A DNA stretch of 64,000 nucleotides from Phoronis australis. Lineage: Eukaryota; Animalia; Phoronida. The translations under genes and the position numbers were made by a program. How positions within the stretch are numbered: position 1 is the first letter of the stretch; each line of letters begins with the position of its first letter. The notes beneath the pieces are model-generated. The model searched no databases and was not told the origin of the DNA. It was given only the letters and a program-made list of their open reading frames with translations. Shown piece after piece: positions 53,701 through 64,000 of this stretch. Location: positions 23,876 through 87,875 of the forward strand of contig NMRA01000123.1 in NCBI GenBank assembly GCA_002633005.1, given 5' to 3'.

Positions 53701-56700
53701 GCAAAATGGCGAAACCCACAACCGAGTTTATTTCAGAATTGTTAATTTAAAGTAACACATTTAACAGACACGAGGCAAAAATTTGGAGATACGCGTCCGC
53801 GCTTAAGCATTCCCAACATTTTTGCTTCAAATTACCAGTGAGCAATAGTTTTCTATTACACCCGTAAGAGATGACTGTATTTTGGAGGGTGTGATAAGGG
53901 TCGCTTATATCAAAACATTTCTACGGGAAAACGCTTTCCTGCACATTGTGACTAGAGTGAACACAGGTTACAGCTCGTTACTCTATATGGTCATCGTAGC
54001 ACACAAAATGTACAAAAGCAATTGTGACCATCCTAGCACACTGCCCACATAAATAGAGATCGAATATTCTACAACTGTAAATTGCCGTAAATGAATGTAG
54101 TTTAAGTGATGACACATTGTTATACGGAAGATGACTGTAAACAAACTAGTGTGGTCATAGACGAGTGAAGGACCTTGGTATGTTAAATGCAAAACATTGA
54201 CACATAGAAACAAAAATAAAACAAAAATACACTGAGCATTATTAGCAGGGCACTTAAATTAAGAACTTAATTTTCAAAATAACCCAAAAGTGATACCACT
54301 CCAAAGAGTGAAAAAATACAAACATTTCGGTACTAATTTCATCAAATATCGACCCAACGGCTTGCACGGTCCATAACACTCAGTACCGCGCAACAAAATG
54401 GTCGTCTTGCTATACGTATACACAGTCACGTGATAGCAAATCTCTATCTCAATATCTATGGCCGTACACACTCAACAAATAATGAGTTCCGTTATTATTT
54501 TCGTCTTTCTTTTCAAGACCAATTCTGAATCACTTACCTCGATATGCTTGATTTCTTTATTCAACTCTTTCACTAGCTTTCCAAACAGCAGACCTTCAGG
54601 TATGCTCTCCTTATGTGACTTTGGAATCTTGAAAATACGAGTTTTTACACATGAACTACAACGGGCCAGTTATCAACATCTGAGTGGGAGATATTTATTT
54701 AATCAAGGGGGTACACTTGATGTCAAGCCAGTCATTGAGCATATTACCTGTGGTGATGGGTGATGACAGAACAGCAATGAAATTTTCTAAAGACCAAGCC
54801 ATAATTGGCTTTAACTGATGAACCATGGAACCTGCCATTTAATTATTTTTGCACATCCATTGGTGTATAACAATTTATAAACACAGTCAGAGTAAAAATT
54901 AATATACGAACTGGGTGTCATATAACATAAAGAAGTCTGTTCTCAGTATAGTGGCGAAGTTACAGGTGATGTCAGGGAGCACCGCAATTAGGGGAGGTCG
55001 GTGCAGTAGTGGCGGCAAATAAAGTACGGCATCGTGTCTTTAACCAAAGCTGCCAGTAATCCTCGCAATGCCACTTCCCCAACAGTGCTGGGACAAGGCA
55101 AACACAGCGGCAAATATTTTACGGAATCCTCTGCAACTAGTGTCAGGTGAGGTCTTACCCGTCCCGTAAGGTCTTACCTGTCCGGTAAGGTCTTACCTGT
55201 CCGTCCTTCTTCTGAGACCAGTTCTTGAGGTGAGTAGCTAAAGCTTTAGCACCAGCTACATAGCAACCAAGTGGCTTTTTACCCTCCTCGGAATGGTCTG
55301 TGGAGCAGACGTTGAAATATAAGAGATCAAGGGTAGGACTGCCAGCAAACTGCAGAGTGTAACACTTGTATTAGTTCGATACAACCTGACTGAGAGACCT
55401 TAATCGAGGAAGGCAAGTGCGTCCCGGAAACGTACCATGAAAATGCCAAAAGCACCCGTCAGTTATGATTGAAAGCTAGGGCCCCTATGGTATCTTAGAT
55501 ATACCTGTGACTTCACCATCTCTTCTAGTTATTCTTCAGGTGAATATTTTTATGTACAAATAAATCTGTGCACTAAGTTGATTAAGCAGAAGACAGGGTT
55601 CTCAGTGTTTACCTTTCAGCTTTTATATCTGTGAAAATAATTGACAAGTCTACGAGTTTAATGATACATGTAGTTGCCAAATCACAGTAAATCATATTCG
55701 TGGCACATTTAAAACAAATCATAACAAAATAAATGGTTACCCTTCAATGTTTCCAAGATGAGTTTGGCCGCGTACCAGTGCATAGTTTCAAAATTTGGAT
55801 ATAAATATTTTTCAGGAGTTTTCACACGTCGCTCGATGTCATACACCCTGAAATGAAGAATACGAATGATACATGACACATCATACACTCCGAATATCTA
55901 CAGATTAAACACAATTCATCATACACCGTGAAACAGAGAGCATCAACAATACACGATGCATCATAGACTCTGAAACAGAGAATGACAACTTCAACTGATG
56001 GCAATGCATTCTGGGATAGCTGGGCACAGAAACAGCAGCCATTTTGTCTCCTGTTGCAGCCTGCAGCACATTGGCTGATTACTCATCGTCAATAACGACA
56101 ACCAGTGTGAGGCAGCAATACTGTGCACACCTAGCATGTTATATTGAAACATGTCTTGGTATCTCTTATTGAGCATTGTACCGCAATACCAGACGTTTGC
56201 TGCTATGAACTTGTCATGTTGTGTGCTATGCCAAATTTTGACTAATATTTGGTCAGCAACAATATATTACGACTTTGCTCATGACAAAAAGTGGCAGATG
56301 TGCATGCTGTAGACACGCCTTTGACTGCTGACACGAAGCTCAAACCGTTGTTAAATATCTGTGACATCACAGTGTCAAGTAGTTGTTATAAAGTCCTTAA
56401 CTTTTATCATAGAACTCTTCATACAAAGTTAGTGTAGACATGTGGACATGTACTCTACATGTCTAATTACAACTCCTTCACAAACACACAGTAGCGCCCT
56501 CTCTAACAGTATTCTTTCTTCACTTGGGGACAGGATATGACATCGCTGCACTGAGGTTGCCTGGGAGATTCCACCATTTTGGTTCAAACTCTTGCCACTT
56601 TCCTATATTATATTAGGTCAAATGCAACTACAACATCAGCTAAACACAGTCTAAGTCAATAAGTGGTTAATACACAATGGCTCACAGATGCTGAGGCAAG

Positions 56701-59700
56701 AAGTTCAGAGTTTTAAAAATACTGTTGAATTTTGTTGGTTCGAAGAAATGTATTTAACAGGTGACTGTCATATCGTTCGTCTCCAATTTGGAGTAGTTGC
56801 TAGGGGTGTAACACTACCTCCCTATTCTTTAATAATGACATGTACTTCTGAATGTATACTGTGTATTTCCTTTCTTTGGAACAATTTTTTTCCCAAGAAT
56901 CACAATTACTTTGAGATGCATCATGCAAGCATGAGCTAAGCGTGGTTCACGAAGAATGATGATTGGCTAATCTGAAGAGTCCATTTTTCTACTTACTGTA
57001 GCTGCAGTGGGATATTCAGGTTGTGCAGGAAGTTGCCACCAAACACGAGCGAGTCAACAGGTGTCAGCACTGCATGGATCCAGCCAGTGGGGATAAACAG
57101 TGTCTGTCCAGCCGAGATGACCATGCGGAAGCACGTGTCAGCCTGGTCACCAAAGAACGTCTGACCCTGCGACGACGAGGACACCCAGTGTTCGTACAAA
57201 GTCAGATTGACATTTGTCGGCCGGATCAGATAGAACACCTTCTCACCCTGCAAACGTAAAGCTGATTGTAACACTATGGATAATCAAAGTAATGAAACAA
57301 AGAAACTGAAAGAATACCCATTTCCCGCTAAAGTTGGCGACACGATGAAATGCCTCTTGCCACTAGATGTCGATGAAATGAACAGAGTACAGCAATCTGG
57401 TTCCTTATATGGGTATTTAATGCAGTAGGAGTTGATAGCGTTCTTTCTTGTAATTCCTTGCAATCATCATGCCCACAAATAATCACTGTCGTGCAGTGGT
57501 GCATTGAAACATTCCCATAAAAATTCCAGTTTCAAAATATTTGAGAACGAAAAAAATCGCTATTCTTACATGTCAAGTGGACCAATCCTGTACGCAAGAA
57601 TCAGAAATTGGCTGAGGTGAAAGACATTTTTGTGCTCTCGCAATACTATAAAGTTTTATGTAGAATATTTCTTAATGAACCGAAACCTAAACTAAGACGA
57701 GCAATACTATAAATGAAAGCGCTTGGAGGAGTGACAATTGGTGAAATTAACTAAAAAAATTGACGGTGGAGATGACGATGACGATTATAATGATGAATGT
57801 GCCGATTATGAACAACATTCATGACTAGCGAAGATGTCAGAAACAGTAAGAAATAGGCTATGGTCTTGTTCAATAGAAGCTAAACCAACATCAATGCAGC
57901 AAGAGCGCTCAACAAAGGAACAGCACTATCAGAAAATCTTGAATACCAGTTTTTCAAAAAGTAGATGTCCTACCGAGAAATGGAGAATATCTTCTGAAAG
58001 CCCGTTCAAAACTGTCTAACATACTAGCTTCACAAAATTCCGTAAATTTTTCAAAAAATTGAAATTTTGGTGTTTTTTGAAATTCAAAGTCAAATAACTA
58101 GAAAACAGTAAGTCTGAGAAATTGTTAGAGGCCATTTGAAAGGGTATACTATAGAGAATGCACATGCAAAAATTCACGTTATTTTCTCTTCCCGTTTAAA
58201 AAAACACCCCAGCACCACTGAAAATGGGTCAAAATGCACCAGATCAACCATCTAAAAAAAGACTTCCGCTTTTTCAGCAACAGATAACAGTGTTTCATAG
58301 AAAACTAATACTTGAAAATTTTCGAAGCAATTGGTCATCTAATGTGCCCTCTAAAGGAGAAAACGTTAATCTAGCACAAAATCGAGGTGTGTCTGCGCAA
58401 TTGCCGATATTTCCGACATCTTTGACCGGAAGTAATTGATTCTCAACACAAATGTAGAACATGTATGGTACAACATATGTGCGGAATTTCAGCCGTACAC
58501 CTAAAAAATTACGGCCTCTACGAGCATTTGAATCTGAAATCAAAAACAAAATGGTCGCCATGTTTGCCATCTTGGATCCGATCATGACCAAAAACAATAG
58601 GCTTCCAGGACTTCCAGAACTTGAGGTTGCGTGTATATTTCGTGAAATCGGACGAAAAATGTGACATGTAGCGTGCGAACAAACAAAAAAACAAACTTGA
58701 TGGCAGGGCAACATACTTGTCGGAATTCGAAGAATTCTCAAAGTAATGAGGATTTGGATGTAAAACGCCACTTCAATCATTAGTTCTAATGATTTAGAAG
58801 CCAGATACAATTTGTCTTGGTTACAGAAATTTTAAATTTATATTTTCATTCTTTTCACAATAAAAAGTTCAATTTCATTGCTCCGTGGACTAAATTTCAA
58901 GACACATACTAATGACAATGAAGAAATGCAATCTAAATCCTATGCTCTCCATCACTTTGTACGAGATACAAGACAAACAATTTACTAAGTCAAGAATAAG
59001 GATTGTGACAAGTTTAATACATGTATGAACACATCTTTAATAGACATACACGTCACTTAAAGTAGTTGCAGGTGTCAGATCTCATCTAAGCCATGGGAAC
59101 TTATTCCGATCTACTAAATCATACACCTAGTATACACCAATACTAAAATAAAGAAACAAATGCTATGTATGCCATTACTGACAATGGAATAAAGACGCAC
59201 AGGTTTGCAATTTTGCCACTATGTGATACGTACGATTACCTGCTGCTTGACCTTTGATCTAGGTCAGACAATAAATGACCCCAGTCAAAGGCAAGCAACA
59301 GTCAATCACAGTGATTGACACACGAATCACAAAGCGGTGAAAATGCAATAACGGCGCACCTATATCTGACTTCCGACACATCTGTTTTCTAGTCTAGTTG
59401 AGTATGTTGTACTCCATTCTCTACGTATAGTGTAGAAGTATGTTTTAAAAGATTGGGTAGATAAAAATAAGCTCCCATGGACTGAACAACGATTCGTCAT
59501 GCAACAGTTGACAGTATGGTACTCAATAGTCTTACCCTGAGTACATGATACCACACTGAAGTGCCACCAAAGTCCACGTGGAAGTCTGTGAAACTGTCCT
59601 TAACCCCCATCAGGCAGTATTTCTGCACCTCGGGCTTCAGGTGCTGTGTGTCCTCAGTATTGTCAGGCCAGACAGAGCTGGCCCAGCTGAGCCTGCGCAC

Positions 59701-62597
59701 GATGCCAGGGGGCACCACTAGTGGACTGAGACTGAAACAGATGGTTGAAAAGCAATGGAATCTCTAGAAAGCTACTTGGTGGCTCTACACAAAGTTTACG
59801 CTTTCACACCTTACAATAGCTTACTAGCAAAAAAGATTTTTAATTACAACTGCAAACTCTGAATTTTGACCCATGAGCCCCTTACTTGAGACCCCCCACA
59901 CACATAGCATAGTCGGGAGCCCCATGCACAACAGTCTGAGTTTTCAAGTACCTGTGCCACCCCCACATACTATAGATAGGGTTTTCAATATCGTTCATAG
60001 TAGTTGAGACCCTAAGAAATTAAGAAACCACTCACTTTGTGTTGGAGAATTCTAGGCTGATGACGTTATAGATCTTGGTCCTGTTAGGACTGGTGTAGTA
60101 CTGCGTCCACTCCCTCATCACCATTTTATAGTCTTCCTGCTTGTCCACATCGATCACGTCTATCTCACGCATTGAACCTGCCGACACAACAACACAGTCA
60201 AAAGTACGGTAAAAATCTCGTCAATTTAGGACACAACATGGCAGACAAGTGATATTCTGCTTTGTGAAAATTTTTCGTAAAAATGAAGATAAAGAATATT
60301 TTAGTCTAGTACTAGCATGGTTTGTATTGTGTGTGGGATATATAAGAACACTTGGTAAAATTTACACTATTTTTAGTGGAGGTAATCAAAATTAAAATCG
60401 AAAATGAAAAAAGGTAATTGAAAAATCGAAAAATGAAAATTGTTTTTGTGCGAAATATGTTAAATTTTGTAAAAAATAACACAACATTTCGCCACAATGA
60501 GTCATCTGAACACATCATTAGATACACTTCTCAACATTCATCAAGCAGACGTCAACTTAAGGCAGTATTTCAAAATAAGGCTCTCTCAGATATGTTACCT
60601 TGGCGAAGGGTGATAACTAAAACATAGTTTGTGTCTGCCTTACCCACGTAATTTTCGACATCTTGTATTGCGAAGTCTGGCGAGGGCACAATCAAATCAA
60701 GGCCATCTTTTTCTTCAACCAGTATTGGAACGTTGAACCCATTTTCAGTTAAGTATTCGACGGTGAGTTCGTGACCAGCTAATTTCAAGATGGGAATCTC
60801 GTCACCACTGAAAAAGTTTGAAGATAAATGAAAATCTGAATAACGAGTAAGTAAAAACTTGTACANCACACCAACACAGTCAAAAGTACGGTAAAAATCT
60901 CGTCAATTTAGGACACAACATGGCAGACAAGTGATATTCTGCTTTGTGAAATTTTTTCATAAAACTGAAGATAAAGAATATTTTAGTCTAGTACTAGCAT
61001 GGTTTGTATTGTGTGTGGGATATAATATAAGAACACTTGGTAAAATTTACACTATTTTTAGTGGAGGTAATCAAAATTAAAATCAAAAATCAAAAAAGGT
61101 AATTGAAAAATCAAAAAATGAAAATTGTTTTTTGCGAAATATGTTAAATTTTGTAAACATAACACAACATTTCGCCACAATAAGTCATCTGAACACATCA
61201 TTACATACACTTCTCAACATTCATCAAGCAGACGTCAACTTTAAGGCAGTATTTCAAAATAAGGTTCTCTCAGATGTTATCTTGGCGAAGGGTGATAACT
61301 AAAACATAGTTTGTGTCTACCTTACCGACGTAATTTTCGACATCTTGTATTGCGAAGTCTGGCGAGGGCACAATCAAATCAAGGCCATCTTTTTCTTCAA
61401 CCAGTATTGGAACGTTGAACCCATTTTCAGTTAAGTATTCGACGGTGAGTTCGTGACCAGCTAATTTCAAGATGGGAATCTCGTCACCACTGAAAAAGTT
61501 TGAAGATAAATGAAAATCTGAATAACGAGTAAGTAAAAACTTGTACAGAAAATGCATGGATTGGAAAAGGCATTTATACTGTAACACGTAACATGACCGT
61601 AACTGAAGCATGTGTATCAATAGACACAGAAATATAGGAGGATCTCTCAGATTCCCCGGTATTTACCCACAATGCTGCACGGGAGGAGGGCACTAAGTAC
61701 GACCACCGTCGTGGTTATTACATCAAAAACTAATTTGTCATTCGGCATTGTAGCGCCAATAAAATTTTATCCGAACCCAGCGAGCTGCGATGTTGACATA
61801 AAAAATTGACAAGCTGGGTGGGGCAGGATAGATCACATTTTGCTCAGTCCAACACAGCTTAGAAGTGGGTAAGCAGCTTAAACCTTTGAAAACTAAGTCA
61901 ACCATAAAATACTTTTTGTAACTACACAACACAGTTGAACTCATGTGGCTATTACATTTTAGATTTTAGAGTACGTACGACCATTTCAGCAAGTATGTGT
62001 ATTTAGTCAAGTATCTCAATGCTGAATTCAACTTAGCAAAACTACATATTTACCAAAAATATGAATTCCATTTGATTTTTGACTTTTTACCAATCTGCCA
62101 ATAATTGGGTCGTGTGAACATGTTTTTGTTTTGGTAAAATTCAACAGGTAAGAAATGTACATTCGCAGTAAAACAACAGTATCAATAACGTGATCAAATT
62201 TTATTTGATAATAAATTTTGAAAATGAAACCTCAAAAAAGCTGTTACAGTTATCAAAAATATCATTTCAGTCTTGTTTTATGTAACTTAAAATTTTTTTT
62301 CATGAAAATCATAAAAGTCATATTTTTGATAGCAGCACTTGTAGAAAAACTATACTGCAACAATAGTATGGTTTGTGCTGAACACAGCTTTTAAATTTAG
62401 GAAATAACACTCAGTCTTTGAAAAATACAAGAAACACGGGTTCGGCGATATTATATTTGTTTAAACCAAGTGAAGAATTACCAAGGAGTAAAATAAATCA
62501 TCACAAAAAGATACCCATTAAGTACTAAAAGAATTTACCTTGGAAAATGCCTGTTTTTCAACTCCTTCACAAACTGTAATGTACCAGTCTGAATAGC
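44557..62597 (-). CDS. PHF8: JmjC histone lysine demethylase, KDM7 family (pro-ortholog of PHF8/PHF2/KDM7A); 5'-partial, 17 exons, 813 aa visible
   Basis: Exons 62539-62597, 61326-61489 (duplicate 60644-60807), 60036-60177, 59536-59731, 56997-57247, 55741-55847, 55197-55297, 54538-54627, 53314-53403, 52640-52818, 51697-51842, 50728-50938, 48564-48760, 46556-46648, 46244-46356, 45457-45604, 44557-44711 sum to 2442 nt in frame. Motifs [59 protein letters not shown] and C-terminal [18 protein letters not shown] are diagnostic for the family. Confidence 0.95.
45120..45193 (+). mobile_element. tRNA-derived SINE head or tRNA pseudogene in the last KDM7 intron
   Basis: A-box-like TGGCTCGGTAG, B-box-like GGTTTGACAACC, tRNA-sized; stems imperfect. 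Confidence 0.55.
45457..45604 (-). CDS. PHF8: KDM7 exon ([12 protein letters not shown]...PSSSAP)
   Basis: tttcag|...|gtgaga; phase 0-1. Confidence 0.82.
46244..46356 (-). CDS. PHF8: KDM7 exon ([17 protein letters not shown]...[10 protein letters not shown])
   Basis: tttcag|...|gtcagt; RPAREG...S.E.GLA motif. Confidence 0.9.
46556..46648 (-). CDS. PHF8: KDM7 exon ([13 protein letters not shown]...ETWNPK)
   Basis: ttttag|...|gttagt; 93 nt. Confidence 0.9.
47344..48166. mobile_element. MITE, ~820 bp
   Basis: ~38-bp TIRs agggctgttccagtaaaatccgtgtgggaggggggg / cccccctcccatacagattttgctggaacagccct. Confidence 0.8.
48564..48760 (-). CDS. PHF8: KDM7 exon ([14 protein letters not shown]...CYRDDEY)
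   Basis: gtgcag|...|gtatgt; conserved AIQGMLSM. Confidence 0.9.
48778..50826. repeat. Intronic tandem duplication (~457 bp x2) plus an N-joined haplotype copy, built on a degenerate ~20-bp satellite
   Basis: 48778-49234 repeats at 49235-49695; ~49390-50111 repeats after the n at 50112; recurring gtgaagct(a)tggataac motif. Confidence 0.85.
50728..50938 (-). CDS. PHF8: KDM7 exon ([11 protein letters not shown]...[12 protein letters not shown]...)
   Basis: ctacag|...|gtaagt; phase 1-2. Confidence 0.82.
51697..51842 (-). CDS. PHF8: KDM7 exon ([23 protein letters not shown]...LKLKLS)
   Basis: tttcag|...|gtaagt; phase 2-1. Confidence 0.82.
52640..52818 (-). CDS. PHF8: KDM7 exon ([10 protein letters not shown]...[11 protein letters not shown])
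   Basis: gactag|...|gtctgt; phase 0-2. Confidence 0.78.
52930..53066. repeat. Minisatellite, 18 bp unit, about 7.5 copies
   Basis: Unit attacatgaagtgac(atc/ccc). Confidence 0.92.
53314..53403 (-). CDS. PHF8: KDM7 exon ([29 protein letters not shown]), basic NLS-like
   Basis: ttccag|...|gtttac; 90 nt; resembles the PHF2 LDLLEAHTK motif. Confidence 0.72.
54538..54627 (-). CDS. PHF8: KDM7 exon ([30 protein letters not shown])
   Basis: ttcaag|...|gtaagt; 90 nt. Confidence 0.85.
55150..55204. repeat. 19-bp tandem repeat x3 copying a KDM7 splice donor
   Basis: aggtcttacc(t/c)gtcc three times; minus-strand GTAAGA starts at 55196, 55177, 55158. Confidence 0.9.
55197..55297 (-). CDS. PHF8: KDM7 exon ([33 protein letters not shown])
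   Basis: ccacag|...|gtaaga; phase 1-0. Confidence 0.85.
55741..55847 (-). CDS. PHF8: KDM7 exon ([27 protein letters not shown]...)
   Basis: tttcag|...|gtaacc; 107 nt. Confidence 0.92.
56997..57247 (-). CDS. PHF8: KDM7 JmjC exon with distal His
   Basis: [11 protein letters not shown]...[29 protein letters not shown]|gtaagt. Confidence 0.96.
57895..58750 (+). mobile_element. Probable non-autonomous Helitron/Helentron-type (HINE-like) repeat
   Basis: Ends in an (acaa)n tract followed by the stem-loop gaattc-GAA-gaattc, a typical HINE/DINE layout; 5' boundary uncertain. Confidence 0.4.
59536..59731 (-). CDS. PHF8: KDM7 JmjC exon with HxD iron ligands
   Basis: [31 protein letters not shown]|gtaaga. 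Confidence 0.96.
60036..60177 (-). CDS. PHF8: KDM7 exon ([10 protein letters not shown]...[10 protein letters not shown])
   Basis: cggcag|...|gtgagt; 142 nt. Confidence 0.93.
60644..60807 (-). CDS. PHF8: Second copy of the same KDM7 exon (probable haplotype duplicate)
   Basis: Identical peptide and intact splice sites; lies in a ~680-bp duplication that abuts the single N at 60866. Confidence 0.6.
61326..61489 (-). CDS. PHF8: KDM7 exon ([19 protein letters not shown]...DVENYVG)
   Basis: tttcag|...|gtaagg; 164 nt, phase 2-1. Confidence 0.9.
62539..62597 (-). CDS. PHF8: KDM7 exon ([20 protein letters not shown])
   Basis: ttgcag|...|gtaaat; matches the PHD-JmjC linker (vertebrate VKTGSPTFVRELRSRTF). 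Confidence 0.88.
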
Positions 62598-63695
62598 CTG
62601 CAAGTAGTAACGATTAAATTTTGTTGTTTGATTTACGAAAAGAAAAAAACACAACACCAAAACGACAGCGCAACAACTAAAACAGAAATAATATAAATAA
62701 ACAGAAACGAAAAAAATTAACATGGATGCAGCAAAATAATAGCAGTTTAGCAATCGTGAACAGAACATAAATATTGTTCTACAGGAGAAGGTGCTTTACC
62801 AATGCTTCAAAGACTCGCTAGTACGTGAATGTTACAAACAAACGACAATAACTACAGACCCCTATGTGCTAGATGCGCATCACATAAAAATAACTATAAG
62901 AAATATGGTCTTCCGTTTTAATTGCTTATTCAAAACAATGAAAACATAAATGTTAAAAGCCCCTTTAGTAAAGTTCAGTGCTATCTGATACCGTACTCCC
63001 ACGTGTAACTGTGCAGGACTTGGGTGACCACAAAAATTTCATTTTTTATTTAATTTCACATCATTAATACAATACACTTTATTTAGATGCTTTGCTAATT
63101 TTGGGAGATCACATGTTTTTAAGAAAAATTACCAAAACAGAAAGGTACATTTACACCAAAAGAATGATATTAATAACATGAAAAGTTCTTTTCATTAAAT
63201 GTTCACGATGCAATCTCAAAAACTCTGTCATAATTTCTTGCAGTATCTGTAAATTTTATTGGAATACAATCAGCTATCACTGAGATATGATATCTGAAGT
63301 TAACGAAATTTGAACATTTTTCTAGGCTGTCACATAACCTATAAGCAAATGAACTCTGTGACCTGCAGGTGAATTGTGTCACAGAACATTACATAAAGAG
63401 TCTTTCAAGCAAAGGTAATGTACAGGTGAAGCGCACTTCACCTTATGTGGTTTGTGGGGGTCTCCGGGGTTGACGATGGGACCTGGGAGGGGTAAAGGTC
63501 GGATCCGCACGCCGGGATTGGCCGAGATCACGCTGGACCAGTCGACCGAGGAGAAGTTCTGATCTAACGACTTTAACCTGATTCGCTTCTGCGGCGCACC
63601 CCGGCGAATGAAAGGAGAGAAATAAATACTACCATTGCAAACAACAAGTGCAAAAATCATAAGATGAAGCCAGCAATGAAACTATTTGCAACCAC

Positions 63696-63994
63696 TACCG
63701 AGAATTTCTGACAAATAATATCCTGGGCATACACTTGGAAATTTGCCAATTTTTACTTCTCTAGCAGCCCACGTACAAGCCTAGGAGTAACTTTTGGAAG
63801 CGGGGTCTATGAACTGAAAATGTGCCATTGACGTCGACATGAATTAAGGACCAGTGTGTAGTTCAGACAGTTTGTTACCAATGGTGCTGTTAGTTAGGAG
63901 AATTTATAGTGACAATGGTAACAGCACTGTTCATTCTGGGAAATTCTCCTCATGGCTCCCATTGGGGGGACGGTGTTTTCAGAAATTCCCGGTA
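63696..63994. mobile_element. MITE-like element, ~300 bp
   Basis: TIRs taccgagaatttctga / tcagaaattcccggta. Confidence 0.5.
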
Positions 63995-64000
63995 ACACCA

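Larger units (their letters stand above)
60185..61546. repeat. ~680-bp direct duplication joined by a single N (likely uncollapsed haplotypes)
   Basis: 60185-60865 nearly equals 60867-61546; n at 60866. Confidence 0.85.

Noticed and set aside
58295-58810. 171-aa minus-strand ORF in a KDM7 intron
   Set aside because: Falls in a non-autonomous repeat and shows no transposase or other domain motif.

Overview
AT-rich, repeat-laden invertebrate animal (metazoan) genomic DNA from a draft assembly, with one 119-N gap and four single-N positions. I reconstructed three spliced genes by hand, checking GT-AG sites and reading-frame phase at every junction. (1) HDHD5/CECR5, a HAD-IIA hydrolase, on the minus strand: 6 exons, 1743-15860, 453 aa, complete. 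(2) An uncharacterised plus-strand gene: 5 exons, about 21789-39039, encoding signal peptide + agrin-NtA/TIMP-like domain + VWC domain + T/P-rich stalk + GPI-signal-like tail. (3) The KDM7/PHF8/PHF2-family JmjC histone demethylase on the minus strand: 17 visible exons, 44557-62597; its PHD exons are not in the window. Introns and intergenic DNA hold many MITE/foldback elements, tRNA-derived SINE heads, a LINE RT relic and minisatellites. The most unusual patterns are four separate short tandem repeats that each begin at and copy a splice junction, the NtA-VWC-GPI protein with a possible decayed paralog just downstream, and a candidate alternative first exon giving a PHD-less KDM7 isoform. Several apparent exon duplications sit at single Ns and are probably uncollapsed haplotypes. 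All family assignments come from motif recognition, not database searches.
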